Source of the DNA: an uncultured Rhizobium sp.
GTDB taxonomy: Bacteria; Pseudomonadota; Alphaproteobacteria; Rickettsiales; UBA1997
Reading direction: 5' to 3'
Length of the DNA stretch: 64,000 nucleotides
NCBI GenBank assembly: GCA_964537735.1
Contig: CAZICL010000003.1
Span: forward strand, 61,195-125,194
Position numbers and translations under genes: made by a program
In this document: in pieces, positions 40,281 to 49,599 of the stretch
How positions within the stretch are numbered: position 1 is the stretch's first letter
Layout of the letters: each line of letters begins with the position of its first letter
Notes under the pieces: generated by a model
Told to the model about the DNA's origin: nothing
The model's input: the letters and a program-made list of their open reading frames with translations, nothing else
Database searches by the model: none

Positions 40281-41000
40281 TTAATTAATTTTAATTCCCA
40301 AACGAGAGGCCACGTCAGAGTAAACCTCAACCAAATCTCCCAGATCTCTTCTGAAAACATCTTTGTCAAGTTTTTGCGCGGTTTTCTCGTCCCAAAGCCT
40401 ACAGCTATCAGGACTTATCTCGTCAGCAAGGGTAATCTTTTCGCGCGCATCAAATCCAAACTCTATCTTAAAATCAACCAATTTAATACCGATATTTTTA
40501 AAAATTTGTTGCAGCACTTGATTGATTTTAAGCGCGTATTTTTTGATCTCATCAAGCTGTTCTTTTGTTACAACTTGCAAAACATTAATGGCGTGATCGT
40601 CATTAATTAGTGGATCACCAAGCGCATCATCTTTGTAACAAATTTCAAAAATAGGCGCTAATAATTCAACACCTTCTTCAATTCCCAAACGCTTAGCCAT
40701 TGATCCGGCAGCCACATTGCGAATAATTACTTCCAGTGGAATAATCTTCATCTTACGCACCAACTGTTCGCGTTCATTCAACCTTTTTTCAAAATGAGTT
40801 GGAATGCCGACCTTGGCCATTTCCAACATAATATGTTCGGAAATAAAATTATTCAAAACTCCTTTGCCACCAATGACTGCCTTCTTTTGTGCATTAAATG
40901 CCGTGGCATCATCTTTGAAATATTGAATCAAAAGATTATCGTCTGCAGTTTTAAAAAGTTGCTTGGCTTTGCCTTCGTAAATTTTTTCTAATTTGTTCAT
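40281..41000 (-). CDS. purC: phosphoribosylaminoimidazole-succinocarboxamide (SAICAR) synthase
   Basis: YEGKAKQLF, PLEVIIRN, LVDFKIEFG, ADEISPDSCRLWD. Confidence 0.9.
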   Translation of the reverse strand: MNKLEKIYEGKAKQLFKTADDNLLIQYFKDDATAFNAQKKAVIGGKGVLNNFISEHIMLEMAKVGIPTHFEKRLNEREQLVRKMKIIPLEVIIRNVAAGSMAKRLGIEEGVELLAPIFEICYKDDALGDPLINDDHAINVLQVVTKEQLDEIKKYALKINQVLQQIFKNIGIKLVDFKIEFGFDAREKITLADEISPDSCRLWDEKTAQKLDKDVFRRDLGDLVEVYSDVASRLGIKIN

Positions 41001-41026
41001 TTTTGTTTAATTTATTTTTACTAGTA

Positions 41027-41214
41027 AACCGACACCTCGCTTTTCTCACTTGTAATATCGGACGATGCGTCACCTGGGCTTGCGTCGCTTCGCTCCTGAG
41101 CCCGATTAAAGCTAGGTTGCTAAGACTGAACCTCGACACATCGCTTTTCTCACTGCGTTCGAAGACGATGCGTCGCCTGGGCTTGCGTCGCTTCGCTCCT
41201 GAGCCCGATTAAAG
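41027..41214. repeat. two tandem copies of a GC-rich ~82-bp element (about 41027-41111 and 41129-41214)
   Basis: Direct comparison of the two copies. The 5' ~21 nt (cgacacNtcgcttttctcact) and the 3' 51 nt (gacgatgcgtcRcctgggcttgcgtcgcttcgctcctgagcccgattaaag) differ by one base each. A central 9-10 nt is unrelated between copies. Confidence 0.85.
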
Positions 41215-41251
41215 ATAAAAACGTGCGTTTAGCACGTTTTTATCTTTAATC
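41207..41251 (-). terminator. strong hairpin, probable intrinsic (bidirectional) terminator after hemF
   Basis: gattaaagataaaaacgtgc / gcacgtttttatctttaatc form a perfect 20-bp inverted repeat with a 5-nt loop. The GC core (ACGTGC/GCACGT) is flanked by T-runs on both strands. The right arm overlaps the hemF stop codon. Confidence 0.7.
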
Positions 41252-42106
41252 CCACTTAGCAACTGGTGGTAATGACATCAGAATCGCTTCAGTATTTCCA
41301 CCAGTCATCAAGCCAAATTTAGTGCCACGGTCATATACCAAATTAAATTCAGCATATAATCCGCGTTTTCTTAATTGGTGTTCACGCTGCTCGTCACTCC
41401 ATTTTTCAAACATGTGACGGCGCACTAGCTTCGGGAAAATTTCCAAGAAAGCCAAACCTACATCTTTGGTAAAATCAAAGTCAGCAGAAAAATTTTCCGA
41501 ATTTAAATAATCAAAAAAAATCCCGCCGACTCCACGAGCACAATTTCTATGTTTGATGAAAAAATATTCATCACACCACTTTTTATATTTATCATAATAT
41601 TGAGGAGAAGCTTTGTCACAAGCCACTTTGAAGGCATTGTGAAAATCTTTTGTATCTTCTTCATTTTCAAACATCGGGTTTAAATCAGCACCACCACCAA
41701 ACCAATTTTTTGTAGTACAAATAAAACGAGTATTCATGTGAATGGCCGGAACTAAAGGCGATTGCATATGCGCCACCAAAGAAATTCCACTAGCCCAAAA
41801 TGCTGGGTTTTCTTCAGCTCCCGGAATTTGTTTTTTAAATTCTTCTGAAAAATTACCAAAAACCTTAGAAAAATTCACCCCAACTTTTTCAAAGACATTA
41901 CCTTTCATAAGCGAAATTTCACCGCTGCCACCATCAACTCCCGCAATATCTTGGCGATTCCAATTTTTGCGCTGAAATTTCCCTGGATTATTTAAGTTAT
42001 TTGTCGCCGCAAATTCTGCTTCAATTTTTTCAAATTCGGCACAAATTTTATCGCGCAAATCACCAAACCATTGCGAGGTAATTTGCTGTTTTTCTTCAAG
42101 ATTCAT
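41246..42106 (-). CDS. hemF: oxygen-dependent coproporphyrinogen III oxidase
   Basis: The conserved body starts at internal ATG 42106 (MNLEEKQQITSQWF...). Motifs GGGADLNP, RGVGGIFFDY, RRGLYAEFNLVYDRGTKFGL. The longer ORF (to 42274) would overlap tyrS. Confidence 0.9.
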   Translation of the reverse strand: MNLEEKQQITSQWFGDLRDKICAEFEKIEAEFAATNNLNNPGKFQRKNWNRQDIAGVDGGSGEISLMKGNVFEKVGVNFSKVFGNFSEEFKKQIPGAEENPAFWASGISLVAHMQSPLVPAIHMNTRFICTTKNWFGGGADLNPMFENEEDTKDFHNAFKVACDKASPQYYDKYKKWCDEYFFIKHRNCARGVGGIFFDYLNSENFSADFDFTKDVGLAFLEIFPKLVRRHMFEKWSDEQREHQLRKRGLYAEFNLVYDRGTKFGLMTGGNTEAILMSLPPVAKWD

Positions 42107-42185
42107 TAATAAAATGGATTGCTTAATTGAGGCGCGATTTCGATAATTCGGCCATGATTTATTGTCATTAAAATAACTTCTTAAA

Positions 42186-43421
42186 ATGAATTTCAAATCA
42201 AATTTTCTACAAGATTTTTTTGAGCGCGGATTTTTGGCGCAATGCACCCATTTAAACGAGCTTGACCAGCTCATGGAAGAAGAATCTGTGACCGCTTACA
42301 TTGGTTTTGACTGCACCGCCAAATCACTACATGCCGGCAGCTTAATTCAAATTATGATTTTACGTCTGCTGCAAAAACATGGCCACAAACCTTTAGTTTT
42401 ACTTGGTGGCGGCACTACAAAAATTGGTGATCCTTCAGGAAAAGATGAAGCGCGCCAGGTTTTAACCGACGAAAAAATTACTGAAAATCTTACTGGCATC
42501 AAAAAAACTTTAGAAAAATTTATCAGTTTTGAAGGCGATAACAAAGCGGAATTAGTCAATAATGATGATTGGCTAAAAGATCTGAATTACATCAAATTTT
42601 TGCGCGCCATCGGTCGTCATTTTTCAATCAACCGCATGTTAACTTTCGATTCGGTAAAAACTCGCTTGGAACGTGAACAGCCACTTAGCTTTCTTGAATT
42701 CAATTACATGATTTTGCAAGCCTATGATTTTTACGAACTGAACAGAACGCAAGGTTGTCGTCTACAAATTGGTGGTTCAGATCAATGGGGAAATATCGTA
42801 AATGGTGTAGAACTGACCAGAAAAATTAATGCTGATTTGCCGTCACAGCAAAGATCCCAAACTTTCGGACTCACCTCACCTTTACTTACAACCGCCGACG
42901 GTAAAAAAATGGGAAAAAGCGCTGACGGCGCAATTTGGCTTGATGCAGAGATGTTATCACCTTTTGATTATTTTCAATATTTCCGCAATACTCACGATGC
43001 TGACGTTGTAAAATTCTTAAAACTTTTTACCGATGTAGAGCTTTCTGAAATTGAAAAACTGTCACATTTAAAAGATCAGGAAATCAACAAAGCCAAAGAA
43101 ATTTTAGCTTTTGAAGCTACAAAAATATGTCACGGCGAAACTGCCGCAAATGATGCTCTACAAAAAGCGCGTGAAATTTTTATTGCTAAAAACTCAGCTG
43201 CTTTTGCAGAAAAAGAAATCGCCATTAATGCAAAATTAACCGATGTTATTTTTGAAATTAATGCCGCTGAATCGAAAGGAGCAGCCAAGAAATTAATTGA
43301 GGGCAAGGCCGTTAAAATCAATACTGCAACTGTATTGGACTTGAATTATATCTTTGCCCAAAATGGTGAATTTGAAATGTCAGTGGGTAAGAAAAAATTT
43401 TTTAAAATTATCGTAAAATGA
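42186..43421 (+). CDS. tyrS: tyrosine--tRNA ligase
   Basis: HIGH-region variant GFDCTAKSLHAGSL, GGSDQWGNI, KMSKS-variant KKMGKS, C-terminal S4-like domain. Confidence 0.9.
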   Translation: MNFKSNFLQDFFERGFLAQCTHLNELDQLMEEESVTAYIGFDCTAKSLHAGSLIQIMILRLLQKHGHKPLVLLGGGTTKIGDPSGKDEARQVLTDEKITENLTGIKKTLEKFISFEGDNKAELVNNDDWLKDLNYIKFLRAIGRHFSINRMLTFDSVKTRLEREQPLSFLEFNYMILQAYDFYELNRTQGCRLQIGGSDQWGNIVNGVELTRKINADLPSQQRSQTFGLTSPLLTTADGKKMGKSADGAIWLDAEMLSPFDYFQYFRNTHDADVVKFLKLFTDVELSEIEKLSHLKDQEINKAKEILAFEATKICHGETAANDALQKAREIFIAKNSAAFAEKEIAINAKLTDVIFEINAAESKGAAKKLIEGKAVKINTATVLDLNYIFAQNGEFEMSVGKKKFFKIIVK

Positions 43422-44380
43422 AGAAAAAAATTATCGGAATCGGCAATGCTATTGTCGATATCTTATGCAAAATTGATGAAGAATTTTTGCTAAAAAATGA
43501 TCTCAAAAAAAATTCCATGTCGCTGATTTTTGATGAGTCAGTAGCAAATAAATTTTCCGCGCTACAGTCAGAAAAAATAACTTCCGGAGGATCGGCCGGA
43601 AACACGATTGCAGCTCTATCTCAACTTGGCGTTACGACCAACTTTATCGGCAAAGTTGGTCAAGATGAGCTGGGCCAAAAATTTATCAGCGAGATTGAAA
43701 AAACCGGCAGCACCTATTTAAGCAAAAATAATCATCAGAATCCTTCGGCGAAATCCTTTATTTTAGTGACACCAGACGCCGCCAGAACCATGTGTACATA
43801 TCTTGGTTGTGCTTCACAAATAACTGAAAATGACATTGATGATAACACCTTTAAAGATGCTGCGATTCTTTATTTAGAAGGTTATTTGTGGGATGAACCA
43901 CAAACAATTCTAGCGCTAAAAAAAGCCATTTCCTGCGCTAAAAAAAATAACGTCAAAATTGCTTTTTCGCTTTCAGATTCTTTTTGTGTTTTGCGCCATC
44001 GCGAAGAATTTTTAGAACTGATCAAAAATGATCTCGATATTCTATTTGCCAATGAAAGTGAGGCTTTACAACTATCTGAAAATTACCCAGAACTCTTTAA
44101 ACAAAATTCAAAATTAATCGCTGCTATCACCAAGTCTGAAAAGGGTTGCGAAGTTATCAGCAAAGACAAAATTTTTACAAAACCAGCAGTAAAAATTTCA
44201 CAATTAACTGATACCACCGGAGCTGGCGATTGTTTTGCCGCCGGCTTTTTATATGCTCTCATCAATGATTGTGATTTAGAAAAATGCGCTGAAATGGGGA
44301 ATATTCTAGCCGCCGAAATTATCCAAAAATTTGGCGCCCGCTTTGAAGAAACTGAAATTAAATCTTTAAAAATTTTATGA
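43418..44380 (+). CDS. PfkB-family carbohydrate/nucleoside kinase (adenosine kinase-like)
   Basis: GIGNAIVDIL, GGSAGNT, DTTGAGDCFAAGFLYAL. Overlaps tyrS and murF by 4 nt each. Confidence 0.8.
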   Translation: MKKKIIGIGNAIVDILCKIDEEFLLKNDLKKNSMSLIFDESVANKFSALQSEKITSGGSAGNTIAALSQLGVTTNFIGKVGQDELGQKFISEIEKTGSTYLSKNNHQNPSAKSFILVTPDAARTMCTYLGCASQITENDIDDNTFKDAAILYLEGYLWDEPQTILALKKAISCAKKNNVKIAFSLSDSFCVLRHREEFLELIKNDLDILFANESEALQLSENYPELFKQNSKLIAAITKSEKGCEVISKDKIFTKPAVKISQLTDTTGAGDCFAAGFLYALINDCDLEKCAEMGNILAAEIIQKFGARFEETEIKSLKIL

Positions 44381-45786
44381 CTTTGTGGACCAAACAAGAA
44401 TTAATCAGTGCTTTATCAGATGAACTCTTAGAACAAAATCTCCCCGATAATTTAGTCATTGATGAAGTGGTAATTGACAGCCGCAAAAATATCACAAATG
44501 GCCTCTTCATTGCCATAATCGGCGACAATAATGACGGACATAAGTTTCTCGACCAAGCCTTTGAAAATGGCTGTGTTGCAGCAATAGCCCAAGAAAAATC
44601 CGCAACCCGCCCCACTCTGCTGGTTAAAGACAGCTTTAAAGCTCTTTACAAACTCGCCGAATTTTCTCGCGCCAGAAGCACGGCTAAAATTATTGCCATC
44701 ACTGGCTCAGTTGGAAAAACCGGCACTAAAGAAATGCTCAAGTTAGCTTTCTCAGCCCTGGGCAAAACTTTTGCCACGCCGGGAAATTTAAATAATCACT
44801 TTGGTGTACCACTTTGTTTGAGTAATTTTGCCGCCGATTGTGATTTCGGAATTTTTGAGATGGGCATGAACCATTTAAATGAGATTGAACCTTTATCACG
44901 CTTAGTAAGACCTCATTTAGCGATCATAACTAATGTTGGTCCAGTGCATATTGAGTTTTTTAAAAATGAAGAAGAGATCGCTTTGGCCAAGTCTGAAATA
45001 TTATTAGGCCTTGAAAATGAAGGCATGGCGCTGATCAATCACGATAATAAACATTTTGATTTTTTAAAAAATCGCGCTGCCTTTTTGGGTAAAAAAATTA
45101 TCACTTTCGGAAAAAATACACAAAGCGATTACTGCCTCAAATACTCTAAAATAAAGAGTGTCAATGGCGCAGATGTTTTCTTCACAAAACCGACCAATAA
45201 ATGTGATGTTGAAAGTTTTGCAATTGCCACTGCCAATAAATCAACAATCTTTAATTCTATAATCATTGCAGCAACGCTAGATCTTCTAACCAAAAATCCA
45301 CATCAAGGCCTGTCACAACTAACAAAACTTGAAAATACTTTGGGACGTGGCAAAGCCTTTGAGATAAACCTTGCCGGCAAAAACATCACCATTATTGACG
45401 ACAGCTACAATGCCAGCGTACTATCAATTGAAGCCGGTCTTGAATATGCTATTGAATTAAAAACAGCTCTTAACAAAAAACGGGTTATTGCCGCACTTGG
45501 TGACATGTTAGAACTTGGCGAAAAATCTATTGAATTACACGAAGAAGTGGCGAATTATCTAGCACTACTCCACATTAATTTTGCGATTCTGGTTGGAAAA
45601 AACATGACTGAAGCCGCTAAAAAATTACCCAATAATTCTTACAAAACTTTTTCTGATTCAGCAACCGCAAGTCTTGAAATTCAAGACTTGGTGCAAGATG
45701 GTGACATTATTTATGTTAAAGGATCGCGCGGCACTAAAATGGAAAAAATTATTGAAAATCTAACTAAAGAAAAAAGTGCTCACTAG
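44377..45786 (+). CDS. murF: UDP-N-acetylmuramoyl-tripeptide--D-alanyl-D-alanine ligase
   Basis: ITGSVGKTGTKEM P-loop, FEMGMNH, IIDDSYNAS, VKGSRG. Confidence 0.9.
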   Translation: MTLWTKQELISALSDELLEQNLPDNLVIDEVVIDSRKNITNGLFIAIIGDNNDGHKFLDQAFENGCVAAIAQEKSATRPTLLVKDSFKALYKLAEFSRARSTAKIIAITGSVGKTGTKEMLKLAFSALGKTFATPGNLNNHFGVPLCLSNFAADCDFGIFEMGMNHLNEIEPLSRLVRPHLAIITNVGPVHIEFFKNEEEIALAKSEILLGLENEGMALINHDNKHFDFLKNRAAFLGKKIITFGKNTQSDYCLKYSKIKSVNGADVFFTKPTNKCDVESFAIATANKSTIFNSIIIAATLDLLTKNPHQGLSQLTKLENTLGRGKAFEINLAGKNITIIDDSYNASVLSIEAGLEYAIELKTALNKKRVIAALGDMLELGEKSIELHEEVANYLALLHINFAILVGKNMTEAAKKLPNNSYKTFSDSATASLEIQDLVQDGDIIYVKGSRGTKMEKIIENLTKEKSAH

Positions 45787-46831
45787 TCTGTTAGCTTTAC
45801 AAAGTTTGTGGCTTAAATCCCTTATTTGTCTGACCTCATCTTACATCATCGGATTTTTCAGTATCAAAAAATATATCAAATTTGCCCACGCTAATCCGCA
45901 ATATTTTCAACCCATTCGCGATTGCGGTCCAGCAACACATTTAGCCACCAAACAAAAAACCCCCACCATGGGCGGAATTTTTATCGTGCTGGCTACGCTG
46001 ATAACCACTCTACTTTTCGTTGATATTAGCAATCGCTACATCTTAGTGGTCAGCGTTGTTATGATTACTTTTGCCGCCATCGGTTTAACCGACGATTTGA
46101 TGAAAGTTCTCTACAAAAACACCAAGGGTTTTCGCGGCAGTATTAAGCTTATCATTCAATTTAGTGTTATCGGCATCGCTTTTCTGTGGCTAGGAATGAT
46201 TGATGATTTGCACTTCAAAAATCGTGTCTTTTTCCCTTTAGGACATGGCTATTACATCGCTCTAGGAATTGTACTTTACGTGCTTTTTGTAAATGTTGTA
46301 ATAGTTGGCACTTCCAATTCTGTTAACCTGACTGACGGTCTTGATGGCTTAGTTTCAGTGCCAGTTATCATTAATCTTTGTTGTTTAATTTTGTTAATTC
46401 ACGCTTCTTCAACCCCAGAATTAGCCGACAGAATTAACGTTCCCCAAGTGAAATTTTCCGGCGAACTGATCTTCTTTTGCCTCTCATTAATTGGCGCGAT
46501 CTTGGCATTTCTGACTTTCAACTTAAAGCCCGCCAAAATTTTTATGGGTGATGTTGGAAGTTTGTCAATTGGCTCTGTTCTTGGCTTAATTGCCATCATC
46601 ATCAAACAAGAATTCGTTTTTTTCGTCATTTCAATTTTATTTGTCGCCGAAGCTGTATCGGTAATTTTACAAGTTGGATCTTACAAATTACGCAAAAAAA
46701 GAATTTTCTTGATGGCACCACTACATCACCATTTTGAAAAACTGGGCTGGTCGGAACAAAAAGTTGTAAGATGCTTTTGGGCTGCTTCCGCACTGTTTGC
46801 GACAATTGGAATGTTAATCTTTTTATTTTAG
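45776..46831 (+). CDS. mraY: phospho-N-acetylmuramoyl-pentapeptide transferase
   Basis: GTG start overlapping murF. KQKTPTMGG, DDLMKV, NSVNLTDGLDGL, FMGDVGSL, APLHHHFE. Confidence 0.9.
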   Translation: MLTSLLALQSLWLKSLICLTSSYIIGFFSIKKYIKFAHANPQYFQPIRDCGPATHLATKQKTPTMGGIFIVLATLITTLLFVDISNRYILVVSVVMITFAAIGLTDDLMKVLYKNTKGFRGSIKLIIQFSVIGIAFLWLGMIDDLHFKNRVFFPLGHGYYIALGIVLYVLFVNVVIVGTSNSVNLTDGLDGLVSVPVIINLCCLILLIHASSTPELADRINVPQVKFSGELIFFCLSLIGAILAFLTFNLKPAKIFMGDVGSLSIGSVLGLIAIIIKQEFVFFVISILFVAEAVSVILQVGSYKLRKKRIFLMAPLHHHFEKLGWSEQKVVRCFWAASALFATIGMLIFLF

Positions 46832-46833
46832 GA

Positions 46834-48432
46834 ATGGTCAAAAAACCTCGCGTTTATCTTTACGACTCGACTTTGCGTGATGGTGCACAAACCAGCACCG
46901 TAAATTTTTCCGTTCGCGACAAAATTGAAATTGCCAAAATGATCGATGCGCTTGGTATTGACTATGTTGAGGGTGGTTGGCCAGGAGCTAATCCAACTGA
47001 TGATGAGTTTTTTGCTGATTTGCCAAAATTAAAAAAATCTAACTTTACCGCTTTTGGCATGACCCGGCGCAATGGTGTTTCTGCTGCTAATGACGCTGCT
47101 TTAAACGCTTTAACCAATGCCAATGTAAAGTCAGTTTGTATCGTTGGCAAAAGCTGGGATTTCCATTTGGAGCACGCGCTGCATATTTCCGAAGCCGAAA
47201 ATCTGGCCATGATTTCCGACTCAATCAAACATATCGTGAAGAAAAAAAAGGAAGCGATGTTTGATGCTGAACATTTTTTTGACGGTTACAAAACCAATGC
47301 AAAATTTGCTTTGCGCACTGTAAAAGCCGCTTTCGAAGCTGGTGCACGCTGGATTGTTTTGTGCGACACCAATGGCGGTAGCTTGCCTAGCGAAGTTTCC
47401 AGAATCGTCAAAGAAGTTACCAAACATATTCCCGGCGAAAATTTGGGTATTCACTGCCATAATGATACTGGTAATGCTATTGCCAATTCAATTGCCGCCG
47501 TTGAATCGGGAGCGCGTCAAGTGCAAGGAACTATCAACGGCCTTGGCGAACGCTGTGGTAACGCTAATTTGGTCAGCATCATTCCCACCTTGTGTTTAAA
47601 GATGGGATTTGATGTCGGAATTGATGAAAAACATCTGAAGAATTTGGTTCACGTTTCAAATTTTCTTGATGATTTGCTGAATAAAGAACGGGACAAATTT
47701 GCGCCTTATGTTGGCAAATATGCTTTTGCTCACAAAGGTGGTTTGCATGTTTCGGCAGTTGCTAAAAATCCCTCATCTTATGAACATGTCGATCCCTCCA
47801 AGATTGGCAATCAGCGTCAAATCATGATTTCAGATCAAGCCGGACGTTCCAACATTCTGGCACGCCTGAAAGAAATCGGCATTGAATTACGCGATGAATT
47901 AAAAGTTAGCCAAGTTGCTGACCTGGTAAATCAAGTTAAAGAACTTGAGGCTAAAGGTTACGCTTACGATGCCGCTGACGCCTCTTTCGAAATTCTCGCC
48001 AAAAAATCACTTTCTTCCGTTCCAAACTTTTTTGATTTAATCGGATTCAGAGTTTTGGACGAACGCAAATTTGATTCTCGCGGACGTGTTATCACAATTG
48101 CCGAAGCTACCATCAAAATAAAAATTGGTAATAAAGTCACTTTGGCCGTGGCTGAAGGTAATGGTCCGGTAAATGCTCTCGACAAAGCTTTGCGTAAAGC
48201 CTTGTCACGCAAATACCCCACTTTGAAAAATGTGCGCTTAACTGATTATAAAGTTAGAATTTTGACACCTTCCGATGGCACACAAGCTGTGACGCGTGTT
48301 CAAATTGAATCTGGCGATGAAACTGGCACAAAGTGGACAACCATCGGTGTTTCAGAAAATATTGTTGATGCCTCTTTTTGTGCCCTGCGCGATAGTATTA
48401 CTTACAAATTAATGAGAGATTCTAGTGACTAA
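46834..48432 (+). CDS. cimA: citramalate synthase / LeuA-family (DRE-TIM) synthase
   Basis: Conserved start MVKKPRVYLYDSTLRDGAQ at ATG 46834. HCHNDTGNAIANS, GTINGLGERCGNA, and a C-terminal LeuA-type regulatory domain. Confidence 0.8.
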   Translation: MVKKPRVYLYDSTLRDGAQTSTVNFSVRDKIEIAKMIDALGIDYVEGGWPGANPTDDEFFADLPKLKKSNFTAFGMTRRNGVSAANDAALNALTNANVKSVCIVGKSWDFHLEHALHISEAENLAMISDSIKHIVKKKKEAMFDAEHFFDGYKTNAKFALRTVKAAFEAGARWIVLCDTNGGSLPSEVSRIVKEVTKHIPGENLGIHCHNDTGNAIANSIAAVESGARQVQGTINGLGERCGNANLVSIIPTLCLKMGFDVGIDEKHLKNLVHVSNFLDDLLNKERDKFAPYVGKYAFAHKGGLHVSAVAKNPSSYEHVDPSKIGNQRQIMISDQAGRSNILARLKEIGIELRDELKVSQVADLVNQVKELEAKGYAYDAADASFEILAKKSLSSVPNFFDLIGFRVLDERKFDSRGRVITIAEATIKIKIGNKVTLAVAEGNGPVNALDKALRKALSRKYPTLKNVRLTDYKVRILTPSDGTQAVTRVQIESGDETGTKWTTIGVSENIVDASFCALRDSITYKLMRDSSD

Positions 48433-49588
48433 AATCATTGCTTTGATCAATAAGCGAAATGCTGGAGATGACGCAGCAGCGATCTCCACAGCTAAAGAAA
48501 CACAAAATCAATGTGGTGGTACTGTTGAAGAAATTAACATCTCTGAACCCGGCTGCTTCGAAAATCTTAGTCTTGATGACAATTCTATCGTCATTGGATC
48601 CGGCAGCCACATGTTAGATGCGCTACGCGATCTTAAACAAAAAAACAGCAAAATTATAACTTGTTTTGCATCACACCAAGTTCCGCAACACTTTATTAGT
48701 AATCTTATTGACCTTGATTTGGTTGCCTTTCCCAAACATGTTTTAACTGAAGAAAATGAAGCTGTTTTTGGCAATAAATTAGTAAAAACTATTGGCGTTG
48801 CCCACAATCTTACTGCCGAAGATCTGCAACAAGAATTTGCCAAACGACAAAATGCTATACCACTAAAGAGCAAATATCTTTTTGTAATTCTGGGTGGCGA
48901 TGCCCAATTACAAGGCACTCAATATCAATATTATAGCGCCGAAGAAGCTGCTGAAACTGCACGATATGTTGCAGATAAAGTAAAAAATGAGGAATATTTT
49001 TTACTAATAACAAATGGTCCACGCACAGGAATGCTGAATCCTCTGGATGGATCAAAGCTTGAAACTCACCGCATTTTACCAAATCAGGAATATAAAGTTG
49101 ACCCAGTTAGTCAGGCCTTTCTTGATGAGTTAAGCACACAAAAAATTTCCGCTGATTGCTTCAAATTTTACGATTTTAAATTTCTCGAGAAAGGTGTAGA
49201 TAGCGCCTACAAAGCACTGCTTTACAGCACAATAATCACTCCGGAAAGTTTGGTTTTGGTTCCCGGAGAATCAACGTCAATGATTTCTGAATGTTGTGAT
49301 ATGCTGCCTTACGAATCAATTTTAGTGGTACAAAACAAAGCAATGAATGACAACCACCATTCTCATGTTAGTTCCGTGATTGAAAGCGGCTATGCCAGAT
49401 CTCTTAATATTGAAAGCGCAGAAATAAGTGAAAATTTAACAACAACATCGCAAACAAGAAAATCAGCCGCAGCCACGATTGCAGATGGCATAAAACAGCT
49501 AGTTTATCAAAAGTTAACACCGTCAAAACTTTTAAACCCAAATTCCGCACAACAACTTCAGACAGAGCTAAATCAGCATACTGTCTAG
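48425..49588 (+). CDS. hypothetical protein, weak resemblance to ELM1/DUF1022-type proteins
   Basis: GTG start overlapping cimA by 8 nt. FVILGGDA, LLITNGPRTG and VPGESTSMISECC loosely recall the GG / SRRTP / DSVSMxSEA pattern of ELM1-family proteins. The family call has low confidence. Confidence 0.55.
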   Translation: MTKIIALINKRNAGDDAAAISTAKETQNQCGGTVEEINISEPGCFENLSLDDNSIVIGSGSHMLDALRDLKQKNSKIITCFASHQVPQHFISNLIDLDLVAFPKHVLTEENEAVFGNKLVKTIGVAHNLTAEDLQQEFAKRQNAIPLKSKYLFVILGGDAQLQGTQYQYYSAEEAAETARYVADKVKNEEYFLLITNGPRTGMLNPLDGSKLETHRILPNQEYKVDPVSQAFLDELSTQKISADCFKFYDFKFLEKGVDSAYKALLYSTIITPESLVLVPGESTSMISECCDMLPYESILVVQNKAMNDNHHSHVSSVIESGYARSLNIESAEISENLTTTSQTRKSAAATIADGIKQLVYQKLTPSKLLNPNSAQQLQTELNQHTV

Positions 49589-49599
49589 TGGTATCGCGC

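Noticed and set aside
41030-41214. Possible ZTP (pfl) riboswitch upstream of purC, because the repeat contains CGTCGCCTGGGC, which resembles the conserved CCGCCUGGGC 3' subdomain.
   Set aside because: The match is on the + strand, whereas purC is transcribed on the - strand. The 5' subdomain (GGGUCGUGAC... pseudoknot partner) is not present. The similarity is limited to ~9 nt.
41027-41214. CRISPR-like array (repeat, unique segment, repeat).
   Set aside because: There are only two copies, the units are ~82 nt long with an internal variable core rather than repeat-spacer architecture, and no cas genes are in the window.
48508-48918. Long antisense or alternative-frame ORFs from the six-frame track. 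Examples: 48508-48918 (-), 38102-38437 (-), 57001-57354 (-), 4273-4599 (-), 7829-8122 (+), 33154-33432 (+).
   Set aside because: All lie entirely inside genes with strong family motifs on the other strand or frame. Their translations are low-complexity or hydrophobic junk with no recognisable motifs. This is typical of shadow ORFs.
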